From an uncultured Pseudomonadota bacterium (lineage in GTDB: Bacteria; Oederibacteriota; Muellerivitia; Muellerivitales; Muellerivitaceae): a DNA stretch of 64,000 nucleotides. Positions 19,862 through 30,162 of the stretch are shown here, piece by piece. The stretch's first letter is position 1, and each line of letters opens with the position of its first letter. The notes below the pieces were generated by a model that was given only the letters and a program-made list of their open reading frames with translations, ran no database searches and was not told where the DNA came from. The translations under genes and the position numbers were made by a program. The DNA is taken from contig CAVYRH010000004.1 of assembly GCA_963770835.1 (NCBI GenBank), forward strand, positions 96,001 through 160,000. Direction: 5' to 3'.

Positions 19862-20686
19862 ATGGTTTTTATTCCGCCCAAGCGCATCGCCTCCTTTTCC
19901 TACGCCACCACCGAAATCCTTTCCTACCTCGGTTTTACCGATGAGGTGACCACCCTCAAGGAATATTGCGAGGCGGAACCGCCGGCCAGCGACCGCAACA
20001 AGCCCGAATACTGGTTTTCCATGGCGGAAGGCCGGGTGCACAGCCTCAAAGCCGAGCTGTCACTGACCTTCTCTGTGGGCCAGCAGGACCTTTATAAGCG
20101 GCTGAAGGAAAAAGGTTTCAACGTCCTGCACTTAGACCCCCGTTCCCTCCGTGAAGTGGAGGATGCCTTTTTACAGGTGGGGAAGGCCACGGGCACGATG
20201 GACCGCGCCAAACTGCTGACGCAGGATTTCGCGGGGGGCCTGCTGGCCCTGAAGGAAAAAATTCCTTTCAACGCCTACCGGCCCAAGCTTTACGTGGAGC
20301 AATGGAACAAGCCCCCCTCGGCGGCGGGCGGGTGGTACTCGGAGCTCATGGCGGAATCGGGAGCCCATTATTTCCCCATGCTTTCCCGGGAATTGAGCCG
20401 GCCCGTCAAGATCGAGGAAATGATCAAGTTCGACCCGGAAGTCCTCGTTTTTTCGGTGTATGGCGCGGGCCTAACCTTCGACCCTGCCGAGGCCCTGAAA
20501 CGGATCGGGTGGGAAAAACTCAACGCCGTGCGCAAAAGAAGGATCTTCAGCGTGGAAGAATCCCTTTTAAACCGCCCCGGCCCCCGGCTCCTCGACGGCG
20601 CCAAGGTCATTCAGTGGATATTAGGGGAGGCTTTTTGGGGCTGGCCCCTGGTGCAGACCGCTTTTGCCAGGCGGGTGGTGGATTAA
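19862..20686 (+). CDS. Helical-backbone (BtuF/cobalamin/Fe-siderophore-type) substrate-binding protein, no signal peptide
   Basis: PKRIAS...TEIL, DPEVLV, AVRKRRIF, LNRPGPRLLDG. Confidence 0.8.
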   Translation: MVFIPPKRIASFSYATTEILSYLGFTDEVTTLKEYCEAEPPASDRNKPEYWFSMAEGRVHSLKAELSLTFSVGQQDLYKRLKEKGFNVLHLDPRSLREVEDAFLQVGKATGTMDRAKLLTQDFAGGLLALKEKIPFNAYRPKLYVEQWNKPPSAAGGWYSELMAESGAHYFPMLSRELSRPVKIEEMIKFDPEVLVFSVYGAGLTFDPAEALKRIGWEKLNAVRKRRIFSVEESLLNRPGPRLLDGAKVIQWILGEAFWGWPLVQTAFARRVVD

Positions 20687-20740
20687 AAAGTCCCCGGGTG
20701 GCAGTACAACCACTTACTGTTGTTATTGTTAGAAGGAACC

Positions 20741-21244
20741 ATGGAAAACAACCCTTTAGACCCTAACGGGGATTCCCACCCTATTCGCATCCCTACTAAT
20801 GACGAACTTTATGATTTTTTCAACGCCTTCATCTATAAGTGGTTGAAACTTCCCTCACAAAAAGTGGTTTCGGTGGAGAACGACATCCAGGCCCTTCCCA
20901 ATGAGGAAGGACTCATGTTTTCCGAACCCGCCCCCGGCATCCTTGTCTTGCGAACTTCGAAGGAATTCGCAACAGGCCTGGCCAAATTGGCCAATCTCCA
21001 GGAAGCCCCCCACGACTTATTCCTGGAGATGATCGTCCTTTTTTGGCACCGCTTCGTGGCGAACTTTTGGAAACTGGACAGCCGCCAGCTTCCACCGATC
21101 CTGTTCAAGAAATCCGCCCCGAAGCATTGGCCGGACCGCAAACCCGACTCCCACTTGGTGGTATTCATCCTGCAACAGCCGGTGGAAATCCGCCTTTGGC
21201 TCCATTTATCCGAAGCGGAAAAGGAGCGGTGGAAAATCCGTTGA
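20741..21244 (+). CDS. Hypothetical protein, weakly CheX/CheC-like
   Basis: AAGGA RBS; GILVLRTSKEFA...DLFLEM pattern resembles the CheX fold. Confidence 0.55.
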   Translation: MENNPLDPNGDSHPIRIPTNDELYDFFNAFIYKWLKLPSQKVVSVENDIQALPNEEGLMFSEPAPGILVLRTSKEFATGLAKLANLQEAPHDLFLEMIVLFWHRFVANFWKLDSRQLPPILFKKSAPKHWPDRKPDSHLVVFILQQPVEIRLWLHLSEAEKERWKIR

Positions 21245-21430
21245 ACAACTTCCCCGGAAAAGAAAGCCGGAAAGACGTTAAAATAGCCTTTTATTGTCAG
21301 CCTTTTTCCGGGAAATTTTGTGGCCGAGGCCACTCCCCATCCCTTGATCCCTTTTGACCTCCATCTGATAAAATAAACGACCTACCCCTTTTACAAGGGG
21401 TTCCATTTCCGCGGTTCCCTTGAAGGCGAT

Positions 21431-24400
21431 ATGTCCTCCGAAACCAACACCGACTTACTTCATTCTTTCTTCGAACTATCCTCCGAATTGATGGCGGTCC
21501 TTTCGGAAGACGGCTGTTTTGAGGATGCCAATCCGGCCTGGCAAAAAAACCTCGGATGGAATTCCCGTGACCTGAAGGGCCTCCCCTTCTTTGACCTTTT
21601 GCACCCGGAAGACCTTTCCAAAACCCAACTCGAGATCCAAAAACTCCACCAGGGAATTCCTAAGTCGGATTTCGCCAGCCGTTGCCGCGCCAAGAACCAG
21701 GAACACCGTTGGATCCGTTGGACCTGCTATTTCATGAAAGAAGAAAAGCAGTTCTACCTCACCGGCCAGGATATCACTGGTTTAAAAGACGCTGAGAAGG
21801 CGCTGGAAGAGAACAAGGCCAAGTTCCAACGCCTGAGCGAATCCTCCACGGAGGGGATCGCCATCCACGAGAATGGCGTCATCCTGGAAGCCAACCATGC
21901 CCTGGCCCGAATATTCGGCTTTGACCGCGCCGAGGAGATGGCCGGGAAGAACGGATTGGAACTCACGGCCCCCGAATACCGCCAGTTGATTTCGAACAAC
22001 ATCCAGGCGGACTATGAGGAACCTTACGAAGTCGTGGGCTTAAGGAAGGATGGAAGCCGGTTTAACTGCCTGGTTTCCGGAAAGCCGATCCTATACCAGG
22101 GGCGTAAAATCCGCGTTTCCACCTTCTTGGACGTCACCAAGATGAAGAAAAGGGAACAGGAACTTTTCGAGAGCCAGGACCTTTCCCGCAAGCTCACCGA
22201 AGCCTCCCGGGACGGCGTCGCCGTCAGCGAGAAAGGCGTGGTCCTCATGGCCAACCCGGCCCTGGCCCGGATGTTCAAGTGTGAAGTTTCCGAAATGATC
22301 GGCCATAACGCCCTGGAATTCACCGCTCCCGAGTTCCGGGAGACCCTCCTCAAGAAAGTGATGGACGAAGTCGAAACCACCTACGAGGTCATGGGCCTGC
22401 GGAAGGATGGCACCCGCTTCCCCGTGGAAATCAGCCCCCGCATGACCACCTACCAGGGCCGGCGCGTCCGGGTGGCCTTTTTCCACGACATCACCCAGCG
22501 CAAAAAGATCGAGGAAGAAGTCATCCGTCAGAAGGAATTTTCCCAGAATCTCATCAACAGCAGCATCGACGGACTCATGGCCTTTGACCGGGATTGCCGC
22601 TATACGCTTTGGAACCCGGCCATGGAGCGCCTGACCGGCCACTCCCGGGAGGAAGTCCTGGGCCAATGCGCCTTCGACGTCTTCCCATTTTTAAAACAGA
22701 TCGGACAGGACCGTCATTTTTACGAGGCCCTGGAAGGGAAGACCGCGGTCACCCGGGACCGGCCCTTCCGCACCCCCGCTGGCCGGCAGGGTTTTTTCGA
22801 GGCGGCTTATTCCCCTCTGAAGAACGTCCGGGGGGAAATCATCGGGGGACTGGGCATCATCCACGAAACCACCGAGCGCAAGAAGATGGAGGAAGCACTC
22901 GAGGAATCCGAAACCAACCTCCGCGCGGTCTTCCACAACACCTTCCAAAACATCATCCTGATGGACCGCGAATGCCGCATCAAGGCCTTCAACCCCAACG
23001 CGGCGGCCTTCACCCTGGATGATAGCGGTAAGAAACTGGAAGTGGGCCGCGATTTCGCCGAGTACCTGCACCCCGAGAACGTCGAGTTCTTCCGGAAAAG
23101 CGTCCAGCAGGTGCTGGAGGGGGAGGCGGTCCAGGTGGAACAGTCCCTTCCCGCGGAGGAAGGCGAAGTCCACTGGTTCGAGGTCAATTACCACCCGGTT
23201 TTCGGAGCCTCGGGCGAGATCGAGGGAGTCTGCCTGACCTCGTTGGACATTGACGAGCGCAAACGCGTCCAGCAGGCCCTGGAAAATTCCGAGGCGGACC
23301 TTCGCGCGGTGTTCAACAGCAGTTCGCGGGGCTTCATCCTGGTGGGACGCAACGGAAAGATCCAGGACTTCAACCACCTGGCCGTTGAGAGTGTGCGAAG
23401 GAACAGGGACCAGGAACTGGAAGTGGGCCTTCCATTGGCAGATTACGTCGAGCCGGAACACACCAAGGCCTTTAAGGAAAGATTCAAGAAAGTGCTCCAG
23501 GGTGAGACGGTCCACCTGGAGAGGGTGGTGAAGTCTCCTTCAGGGCTGGAGGAATGGTTTGAATTCACCTATAACCCCGTCTGCGACCCCCAGGGCAAAG
23601 TGATCGGCGTCTGCGCGGCCATCGGCTCCATCCAAGCGCGCAAGGACGCCGAGGAAGCCATCCGGAAATCCGAATCGAACCTGAGGGCCATCTTCAACAG
23701 CAGCACCCAAGGCATCACCGTGGTGGACCGGGACGGAATCATCCAATATTTCAACCAGGCGGCCGCCGCCTTCACGATGGAGTTCATGGGGAAGGCGCTT
23801 CAAATCGGTAAGTCCCTAACCGACGACTTGGCGCCGGCGGCCCGTGAATCCTTCCGGGAAAAGGTGGGGAAAACCCTCCAGGGTGAGGTCGTGCGGGGGG
23901 AAAACCAATTTCGTTTCCGCGACGGTTCGCTGCGCTGGTTCGAGTACACCTACCACCCCGTGCTGGACGAGACGGGTGCCGTGGCTGGCGTCTGCCTGAC
24001 TTCCCTGGATATCGACGGGCGCAAGAAGGCGGCGGAGGCGCTCCAGGAAAGCGAGGAAAAATTCCGGCGTATTTTCGAGGATGCCTCCACGGCGATGGCC
24101 ATGGTGAATGATTTCAAATTCATCAAGGTGAACCGGGCATTCCAGGAGTTGTTGGGCTATGCGCCGGGTGAAATCATCGGCAAATCCCTTTTTGAAATCA
24201 CCCACCCGGAGGACTTGGCCGAGACCGAAAAGGTGGCCCACTTGGTCCATCAAAACGAAAAAGACCGCTTTCGGGTGGAAAAGAGATACCTCAAGAAAAA
24301 CGGCGAAAGCCTTTGGGTGCAGCTTTCAGCCACGGTGATCCGGGACGGGCAAGGGAACAAACTTTATTCCCTGATCATGGTGGAAAACATCACCGAACGG

Positions 24401-26965
24401 AAATTGGCCCAGGAGGCCCTCCAGAAATCCGAGGCGGACCTCAAGGCGGTCTTTAACAGTGGCTCCCAAGTGGTGGTCCTGATCGGACCGGATGGAAACA
24501 TCCAGAACTTCAACCAGACCGCGGAAGTCATGGCCCAACGGGTACTCGGGGGTCCCCTCCAAAAAGGCACGCCTTTTATCCAAACCCTTCCGCCCGGGGC
24601 GGACCCGAAGGTGTTCGAGGCCAGTTTCCTGGCCGCGCTCCAGGGCCGGGAAATCCAGGGAGAAAGGTCCGTCCGCTCGGCCGAGGGGAGAGAGCGATGG
24701 GTGGAAGTGAAATACCAACCGGTCCTCAACGAACAAAAGGCCATCCAGGGCGTCTGTTTCTCCCTGGCCTTCATCGACGAGCGGAAGAGGGCCGAGGAAG
24801 CCCTGAGGGAAAGCCAGGAACGGCTTCAGAGGTTCACCGAACTCACCCGGGAAGGGATTTTGATCCACGAACACGGCTTGGTGGTGGACGCAAACCCGGC
24901 CCTGGCGGCCATGATGGGCTACGCGGCGGAGGAAATGACCGGGAAAAACGGGTTGGACTTCCTGGCCCCCGAAAGCCGTGAAGAAGCCCACCGGCGCATG
25001 GTGGAGGGTTCCGTCGCCCCTTATGAGGTCCTGGCCTTGCGCAAGGATGGAAGCACATTCCCCGTGGAACTGCAGGGCCGCAACTTCAAGGAAAAGGGCC
25101 GGGACCTGAGGGTTTTGAGCGTCCGGGACCTTACCTGGCAAAAGGCCACGGAAAGGATTTTGACGGAAAGTGAGGAACGCTACCGGAAACTGGTCGAACT
25201 TTCCCCCGAAGCCCTGTTGGTGCACGCGGGGGGGAAGGTGCTTTACATGAACCCCTCGGGATTGAAAATGTTCGGGGCTTCAACGGAACAGATGGAGGGA
25301 AGCCCGGTGAGCGACCTCCTGACTCCGGGAAGCCGCTCGAAAGCCCTGGACCGCACGCAATTCATCGTGGAAACCGGCCAAGCCACCGAATGGGCCGAGA
25401 TGAAGCTGGCCCGGCGGGACGGCCGGGTTTTCGAGGCCGAAACCAAGGGGACGCCCATCCTTTACCGGGGCATTCCCGGCGTCCTGACCATCGTGCGCGA
25501 CATCACCGAGCGCAAGGAAGCGGAAGATACGTTGAGGGAAAGCGAGGAGCGCTACCGCAAGCTGGTGGAGCTTTCCCCCGAAGCCGTCGTGGTCCACGCG
25601 CAGGGGAAGATCCTTTACGTCAATTCGGCCGGCATCAGGATGTTCGGGGCCACTCCCGACAAGGTGGACGGAAGTTCCGTCGCGGATTTCCTCCATCCCG
25701 ACCACCGCGGAGAAACGCTGGAGCGGGTGCGCCGCATCGTTGAAACGGGCCAATCCAACGAATGGACCGAGCTGAAGCTTCTGCGCCTCGACGGCCAGGT
25801 TTTCGAGGCTGAAACCAAGGGAACACCCTTCCTTTACAATGGAATCCCAGGCGTCTTGACCATCGTGCGGGACATCACCGAACGAAAGAAAGTGGAGATG
25901 GCCCTCCGGGACAGCGAGAACGACTACCGGCGGCTGGTGGCGGAAATCCCCCTGGCCTTGGTCGTCATGCGGGAGGGGGGAGTTATCGTTTCCGCCAATT
26001 CGGAATCGGCCCGGTTGCTGGGCGCCGGCCGATCGGAGGATCTCATCGGGAAATCGGCGTTAGATTTCATACTCCCGGAAAACAAGGATATCGTCCTGAG
26101 CCGGATCACCCGGACCCTTGAGGAGGGGCTCGACGCGGAAAACCGGGAAACGGAGCTGGTGACCCTGACCGGCCAGCGCATCCAGGTGGAAGTCCGGGGC
26201 ATACCCATCACCTTCCAAGGGAAAAGGTTGGCCTTGTCCATTTTGCGCGACGTCACCGAGAGCAAGAGGATCAATGAAATGCTCCTTCGGTATGAGCGGC
26301 TGGCCGCGGTGGGAAAGGTTATCGCCGCCATCGCCCACGAGGTCCGGAATCCCCTCACCGTGGTCTCGGGCATGAGCCAGATCCTCAAGGCCAAGTTGGA
26401 GAACAGGTCCGAATTCCACCAGGAATTGGAAACCATCCTGGCCCAAGCCAGCCGGCTGAAATATTTCATGAACGACATCCTGGATTATTCCAAGAACCTG
26501 GAAATCCGACGGGCTCCGGTGAACCCGCGCACCCTCCTGGAAGAATCGCTGATTTTGGCCCAGGCCCAGCTGGGTGTGGCTCACGCCGGCTCCTTCGTGG
26601 AATGGAAGATGGAGGCCAGCCTGCCAAGCTTCTTGGCCGACGCCGACCGCCTGCAACAGGTAGTGGTCAACCTGGTCATGAACGCTTATCAGGCCCTGGA
26701 AGGGGCGGGGACGATGACCCTTTCGGCCCGGGTCCAGGACGGTTGGATGATATTGGGCGTGGGGGATGACGGCCCCGGGATACCGGAAGCGGACATGGCG
26801 AAGCTTTTCGAACCCTTTTACACCACGAAGAAAGGAGGGTCGGGCCTGGGGCTTCCCATCAGCCAGAAAATCGCCGAGGCCCACGGGGGGAGGATCGGCG
26901 TCAAGCGCCTTTCGCCCCACGGCACCCTTTTTACCCTTCAGCTGCCGCTGGAGAAGGCCGACTAA
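21431..26965 (+). CDS. Cytoplasmic sensor histidine kinase with 13 tandem PAS/PAC domains
   Basis: 13 repeats ending in D(I/V)TxRK-like motifs; HisKA IAHEVRNPL; N box NLVMNA; G boxes DDGPGI and GSGLGL; no TM segment. Confidence 0.95.
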   Translation: MSSETNTDLLHSFFELSSELMAVLSEDGCFEDANPAWQKNLGWNSRDLKGLPFFDLLHPEDLSKTQLEIQKLHQGIPKSDFASRCRAKNQEHRWIRWTCYFMKEEKQFYLTGQDITGLKDAEKALEENKAKFQRLSESSTEGIAIHENGVILEANHALARIFGFDRAEEMAGKNGLELTAPEYRQLISNNIQADYEEPYEVVGLRKDGSRFNCLVSGKPILYQGRKIRVSTFLDVTKMKKREQELFESQDLSRKLTEASRDGVAVSEKGVVLMANPALARMFKCEVSEMIGHNALEFTAPEFRETLLKKVMDEVETTYEVMGLRKDGTRFPVEISPRMTTYQGRRVRVAFFHDITQRKKIEEEVIRQKEFSQNLINSSIDGLMAFDRDCRYTLWNPAMERLTGHSREEVLGQCAFDVFPFLKQIGQDRHFYEALEGKTAVTRDRPFRTPAGRQGFFEAAYSPLKNVRGEIIGGLGIIHETTERKKMEEALEESETNLRAVFHNTFQNIILMDRECRIKAFNPNAAAFTLDDSGKKLEVGRDFAEYLHPENVEFFRKSVQQVLEGEAVQVEQSLPAEEGEVHWFEVNYHPVFGASGEIEGVCLTSLDIDERKRVQQALENSEADLRAVFNSSSRGFILVGRNGKIQDFNHLAVESVRRNRDQELEVGLPLADYVEPEHTKAFKERFKKVLQGETVHLERVVKSPSGLEEWFEFTYNPVCDPQGKVIGVCAAIGSIQARKDAEEAIRKSESNLRAIFNSSTQGITVVDRDGIIQYFNQAAAAFTMEFMGKALQIGKSLTDDLAPAARESFREKVGKTLQGEVVRGENQFRFRDGSLRWFEYTYHPVLDETGAVAGVCLTSLDIDGRKKAAEALQESEEKFRRIFEDASTAMAMVNDFKFIKVNRAFQELLGYAPGEIIGKSLFEITHPEDLAETEKVAHLVHQNEKDRFRVEKRYLKKNGESLWVQLSATVIRDGQGNKLYSLIMVENITERKLAQEALQKSEADLKAVFNSGSQVVVLIGPDGNIQNFNQTAEVMAQRVLGGPLQKGTPFIQTLPPGADPKVFEASFLAALQGREIQGERSVRSAEGRERWVEVKYQPVLNEQKAIQGVCFSLAFIDERKRAEEALRESQERLQRFTELTREGILIHEHGLVVDANPALAAMMGYAAEEMTGKNGLDFLAPESREEAHRRMVEGSVAPYEVLALRKDGSTFPVELQGRNFKEKGRDLRVLSVRDLTWQKATERILTESEERYRKLVELSPEALLVHAGGKVLYMNPSGLKMFGASTEQMEGSPVSDLLTPGSRSKALDRTQFIVETGQATEWAEMKLARRDGRVFEAETKGTPILYRGIPGVLTIVRDITERKEAEDTLRESEERYRKLVELSPEAVVVHAQGKILYVNSAGIRMFGATPDKVDGSSVADFLHPDHRGETLERVRRIVETGQSNEWTELKLLRLDGQVFEAETKGTPFLYNGIPGVLTIVRDITERKKVEMALRDSENDYRRLVAEIPLALVVMREGGVIVSANSESARLLGAGRSEDLIGKSALDFILPENKDIVLSRITRTLEEGLDAENRETELVTLTGQRIQVEVRGIPITFQGKRLALSILRDVTESKRINEMLLRYERLAAVGKVIAAIAHEVRNPLTVVSGMSQILKAKLENRSEFHQELETILAQASRLKYFMNDILDYSKNLEIRRAPVNPRTLLEESLILAQAQLGVAHAGSFVEWKMEASLPSFLADADRLQQVVVNLVMNAYQALEGAGTMTLSARVQDGWMILGVGDDGPGIPEADMAKLFEPFYTTKKGGSGLGLPISQKIAEAHGGRIGVKRLSPHGTLFTLQLPLEKAD

Positions 26966-26976
26966 GACCCCGTTTC

Positions 26977-27050
26977 ACCACAGAGGGCACAGAGTAAGCC
27001 ATTCATAATTTTAAGAAGATTCTTTTGTCTTACTCCGTGTACTCTGTGGT
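26977..27050. repeat. Inverted-repeat element with 9-bp-periodic CACAGAG arms
   Basis: accacagagggcacagagtaag (26977-26998) and cttactccgtgtactctgtggt (27029-27050). Confidence 0.85.
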
Positions 27051-27075
27051 TCAAATCCATCTTTAGGATGAAACC

Positions 27076-28248
27076 TTGCATTCCCTTTGGCATCTCTCCT
27101 ATTTCCTCACCTTCACCTGCCTGATCCTATTCCTCCTCCATTACTACATTTGGGCCCGGCTCATCCGGGACACGGGGCTGACAAGCCCCTGGCGGCTTGG
27201 GTTGACCCTGCTGGTGGCCCTCTTAGGGCTCATGATTCCCTTTGGGCTTTTCCTCAGCCGTTTCGCGCCCCGGCCGGTGGCGGGCCCCGTCATGTGGGCC
27301 ATCTATACCTGGCTGGGCACGGCTTTTTTCCTCAACGTCCTGCTGTTGACGTCCGACCTGGCCCGGTTGCTGGCGGTGACCCTGCCGATGAAAATGATGG
27401 AAAAGCCGCTCGACCCCGACCGGCGCCGGTTCCTGGCCCTGCTTTCAGGAGGAATCGTGCTTTTAGCCGACTTCGGGATATCGGCGGTGGGTCTCTTTGG
27501 CGCGACGGCGGCGGCGCTCCAGGTGAAAAGAATCCGCGTGGGCCTCGCCAAACTGCCCAAGGCCCTGGAGGGTTACCGTATCGTCCAAATCTCGGACGTA
27601 CACGTGGGGCCCACCCTGGGCCAGGATTTCGTGGAGGAAGTCGTGCGGCGGGTCAACGCACTTCAACCGGACCTGGTGGCCATTACGGGGGACCTGGTGG
27701 ACGGCACCGTAGCCCAACTCAAGGACCAGACCGAGCCCCTGAAGGACCTCCGGGCGAGGGACGGGGTCTTTTTCGTAACGGGAAACCACGAGTATTACAC
27801 GGGCGACGTGGACGAGTGGCTCGCCTGGCTCTCGGCCAACGGCATCCGGCCCCTGCGCAACGAAAGGATTCCCATCCGGGACGGGTTTGAACTGGCGGGG
27901 ACGGACGATTATTCGGCCAGGGGCCCGGGCCACGGCCAGGACATTCCCAAGGCCCTTGAGGGGCGCGATGAGAAGAGGCCCGTGATTTTAATGGCGCACC
28001 AGCCACGGTCCTTCTTTGAGGCGGCGGACCTGGGCGTGGACCTCCAGCTTTCAGGCCATACCCACGGCGGGCAGATTTACCCTTTCACCTATATCGTCGC
28101 CCTGTTCCAACCCTATATCGCGGGCCTCTACCAAAAGGGGCCGTCGCAGATCTACGTCAGCCGCGGCACGGGAACCTGGGGCCCGCCCATGCGCCTGGGC
28201 GCCCCGGCGGAGATCACGGAGATTGAGTTGGGGGCATCACCTTCTTGA
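27076..28248 (+). CDS. Membrane-anchored metallophosphoesterase (YkuE-like)
   Basis: SDVHVG, TGDLVD, GNHE, AHQP, SGHTHGGQ, GTWGPPMR; N-terminal TM helices. Confidence 0.95.
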   Translation: MHSLWHLSYFLTFTCLILFLLHYYIWARLIRDTGLTSPWRLGLTLLVALLGLMIPFGLFLSRFAPRPVAGPVMWAIYTWLGTAFFLNVLLLTSDLARLLAVTLPMKMMEKPLDPDRRRFLALLSGGIVLLADFGISAVGLFGATAAALQVKRIRVGLAKLPKALEGYRIVQISDVHVGPTLGQDFVEEVVRRVNALQPDLVAITGDLVDGTVAQLKDQTEPLKDLRARDGVFFVTGNHEYYTGDVDEWLAWLSANGIRPLRNERIPIRDGFELAGTDDYSARGPGHGQDIPKALEGRDEKRPVILMAHQPRSFFEAADLGVDLQLSGHTHGGQIYPFTYIVALFQPYIAGLYQKGPSQIYVSRGTGTWGPPMRLGAPAEITEIELGASPS

Positions 28249-28334
28249 AAAAAATACCCATTTGAACGGATAGAAAATTCCTAAGAGAAAAGATCATCTA
28301 TATTGATTAAACAAATGAATGACTTGGAGGAGAA

Positions 28335-28850
28335 ATGAAAAGATTTTTGTTGAGCTGTGTGTTTATACTTTTTCTTGTGGTTCCAATGCATGTTTATGCA
28401 TTTCAGGAAGATATAATTCCGGTATTTTTGGCTGAATATATTGATGGCAAACCCACAGGTAATTTGATGCAATTTCAATTCCATGTTATGGAAGCTAAGA
28501 ACAAAAACCGTTGGGTTTTATCTGAGATAACTATAACGCCTGATAATTATGATCAAACCGTATATCTTCAACCTTTTGAATACACCTCTGATGAACTAAC
28601 CGATTTTCCTCCAATTCAAAATTTAAAATGGGAGTATGGAAAAAAGATTGAATTTGATTTTTATCCAGATGGAGTTCAAAAAGTAATATTTACTGCAACA
28701 AAAATTCCAGAGTCCCAATTTGGTTGGATTATAAGGTGCGTTGGTACGATAAACGGGGCGGTTACTAAAGGTGAAACAAAACCAAGAGAATGGAAGGCTT
28801 CCAAAACTATTGATCTTTTATACAAAAAGGTGAAATTCGTAAATTTATAA
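28335..28850 (+). CDS. Hypothetical secreted protein, low GC
   Basis: GGAGGAG RBS; signal peptide ending VYA; markedly AT-rich relative to flanks. Confidence 0.75.
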   Translation: MKRFLLSCVFILFLVVPMHVYAFQEDIIPVFLAEYIDGKPTGNLMQFQFHVMEAKNKNRWVLSEITITPDNYDQTVYLQPFEYTSDELTDFPPIQNLKWEYGKKIEFDFYPDGVQKVIFTATKIPESQFGWIIRCVGTINGAVTKGETKPREWKASKTIDLLYKKVKFVNL

Positions 28851-28885
28851 AATAATCAATAAATTCTAAAGTTCGAGGTGTTGGG

Positions 28886-29150
28886 ATGAAGAGTAAAGTT
28901 TTGGTTTTGGTTGCGGTTCACGGTGTGGCTTTTGCAGCACCCCAGCCCACCCCCCGTGTCGGGTAGGCTCGTTCCCAAGACCCCCGTGGACAAGCTGACC
29001 ATCCGCCTTCGTCAGCAGAATATCCAAATCAGCCGAGATTTGAAGGCGGGCAAATTGACTGCCGCCCAAGCCAAAACTCTCACCGATGCCCAAATAGCCG
29101 ACTTGAACCAGCAGTTAAACACCCTCTCCAAGTCGATTCCGATTAAATAA
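28886..29150 (+). pseudogene. Frameshifted small secreted-protein gene
   Basis: GAGGTG RBS, then MKSKVLVLVAVHGVAFAAPQPTP stops early; the +1 frame continues (..RLRQQNIQISRDLKAGKLTAAQAK..) across a C6 run at 28950-28955. Confidence 0.55.
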
Positions 29151-29162
29151 CCGCTTTTATTT

Positions 29163-30110
29163 TTAAGGGAGAAGCCTTTCTAATTCTTTTAACTCAGTTG
29201 GGCTCAACCGGAATTCCAGAGCCGGGGCCAATTCCTCCGCTTGCTGTGCGTTTCGGACCCCCACAATGGCTCCCGTGACCTCACTGCGCCGCAAAACCCA
29301 GGCAATCGCCGCAACCCCGGCGGGATGCCCGTGACGCTCGGCGATCTTGCGGAAAGCTTCTTGCAGGGCCAGGTTCCTGGAAAGCTTTGGCTCCTTGAAA
29401 TTTTCGTTATTGCGGCGCCAGTCGCCCTCGGCCATGTTCTGAAGCCTTTCCTTCGACATCCGCCCGCTTAGGAGACCCGCCTGCATGGGGGAATAGGGGA
29501 TTACGCCGATATTCTCCTTGGCGCAAAAAGGAAGGATTTCGGCCTCAACTTCCCGGCGGATGGCCGAGTAGGGCGGCTGAAGGGAAGCGATGGGGGCGAT
29601 GGCCTGGGCGCGCTTCATTTGGGAAACGTTGAAGTTCGAAACCCCAATCCAGCGCAGCTTACCGGCTTTCTTCAACTTCGCCATTTCGGTCCAGCCTTCC
29701 TCAATATCCTCATCCGGGTTGGGCCAGTGGATTTGCCACAGATCCAAGGCTTCCACCTGGAGGCGCCTCAAGCTGTCCTCGCACTCCTTGCGGATCGAAT
29801 CGGCCTTGAGGCGGTTGGTGATCACGCGATCCTTGCCCCAGATCAGAGAGTTCTTGGTGAAAACATAGGGTTTGTGGGAGAGGCCTTGCAGGGCCTTCCC
29901 GACCATTTCCTCCGAGTGACCCTTACCATAAGCAGCAGCCGTGTCGATCCAATTCATTCCCAGGTCCAGGGCTTTGTGGATGGCGGCGATGGAATCGGCG
30001 TCGTCCTGGGGACCCCAGTTGTAATTGCCTTCCGGGCCGCCGATAGCCCAGGTGCCAACGCCGACAGGCGTGATCTTCATATCCGTACAGCCGAGTAAAC
30101 GGGTTTGCAT
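29163..30110 (-). CDS. Aldo/keto reductase
   Basis: GTWAIGG, IDTAAAYG.GHSE, DLWQIHWP, IGVSNF, YSPM. Confidence 0.95.
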   Translation of the reverse strand: MQTRLLGCTDMKITPVGVGTWAIGGPEGNYNWGPQDDADSIAAIHKALDLGMNWIDTAAAYGKGHSEEMVGKALQGLSHKPYVFTKNSLIWGKDRVITNRLKADSIRKECEDSLRRLQVEALDLWQIHWPNPDEDIEEGWTEMAKLKKAGKLRWIGVSNFNVSQMKRAQAIAPIASLQPPYSAIRREVEAEILPFCAKENIGVIPYSPMQAGLLSGRMSKERLQNMAEGDWRRNNENFKEPKLSRNLALQEAFRKIAERHGHPAGVAAIAWVLRRSEVTGAIVGVRNAQQAEELAPALEFRLSPTELKELERLLP

Positions 30111-30162
30111 GAAGGACTCCCTAAAAGATTGGATGAAGTTTTTGAAGCCGGGTTATTCTAAG

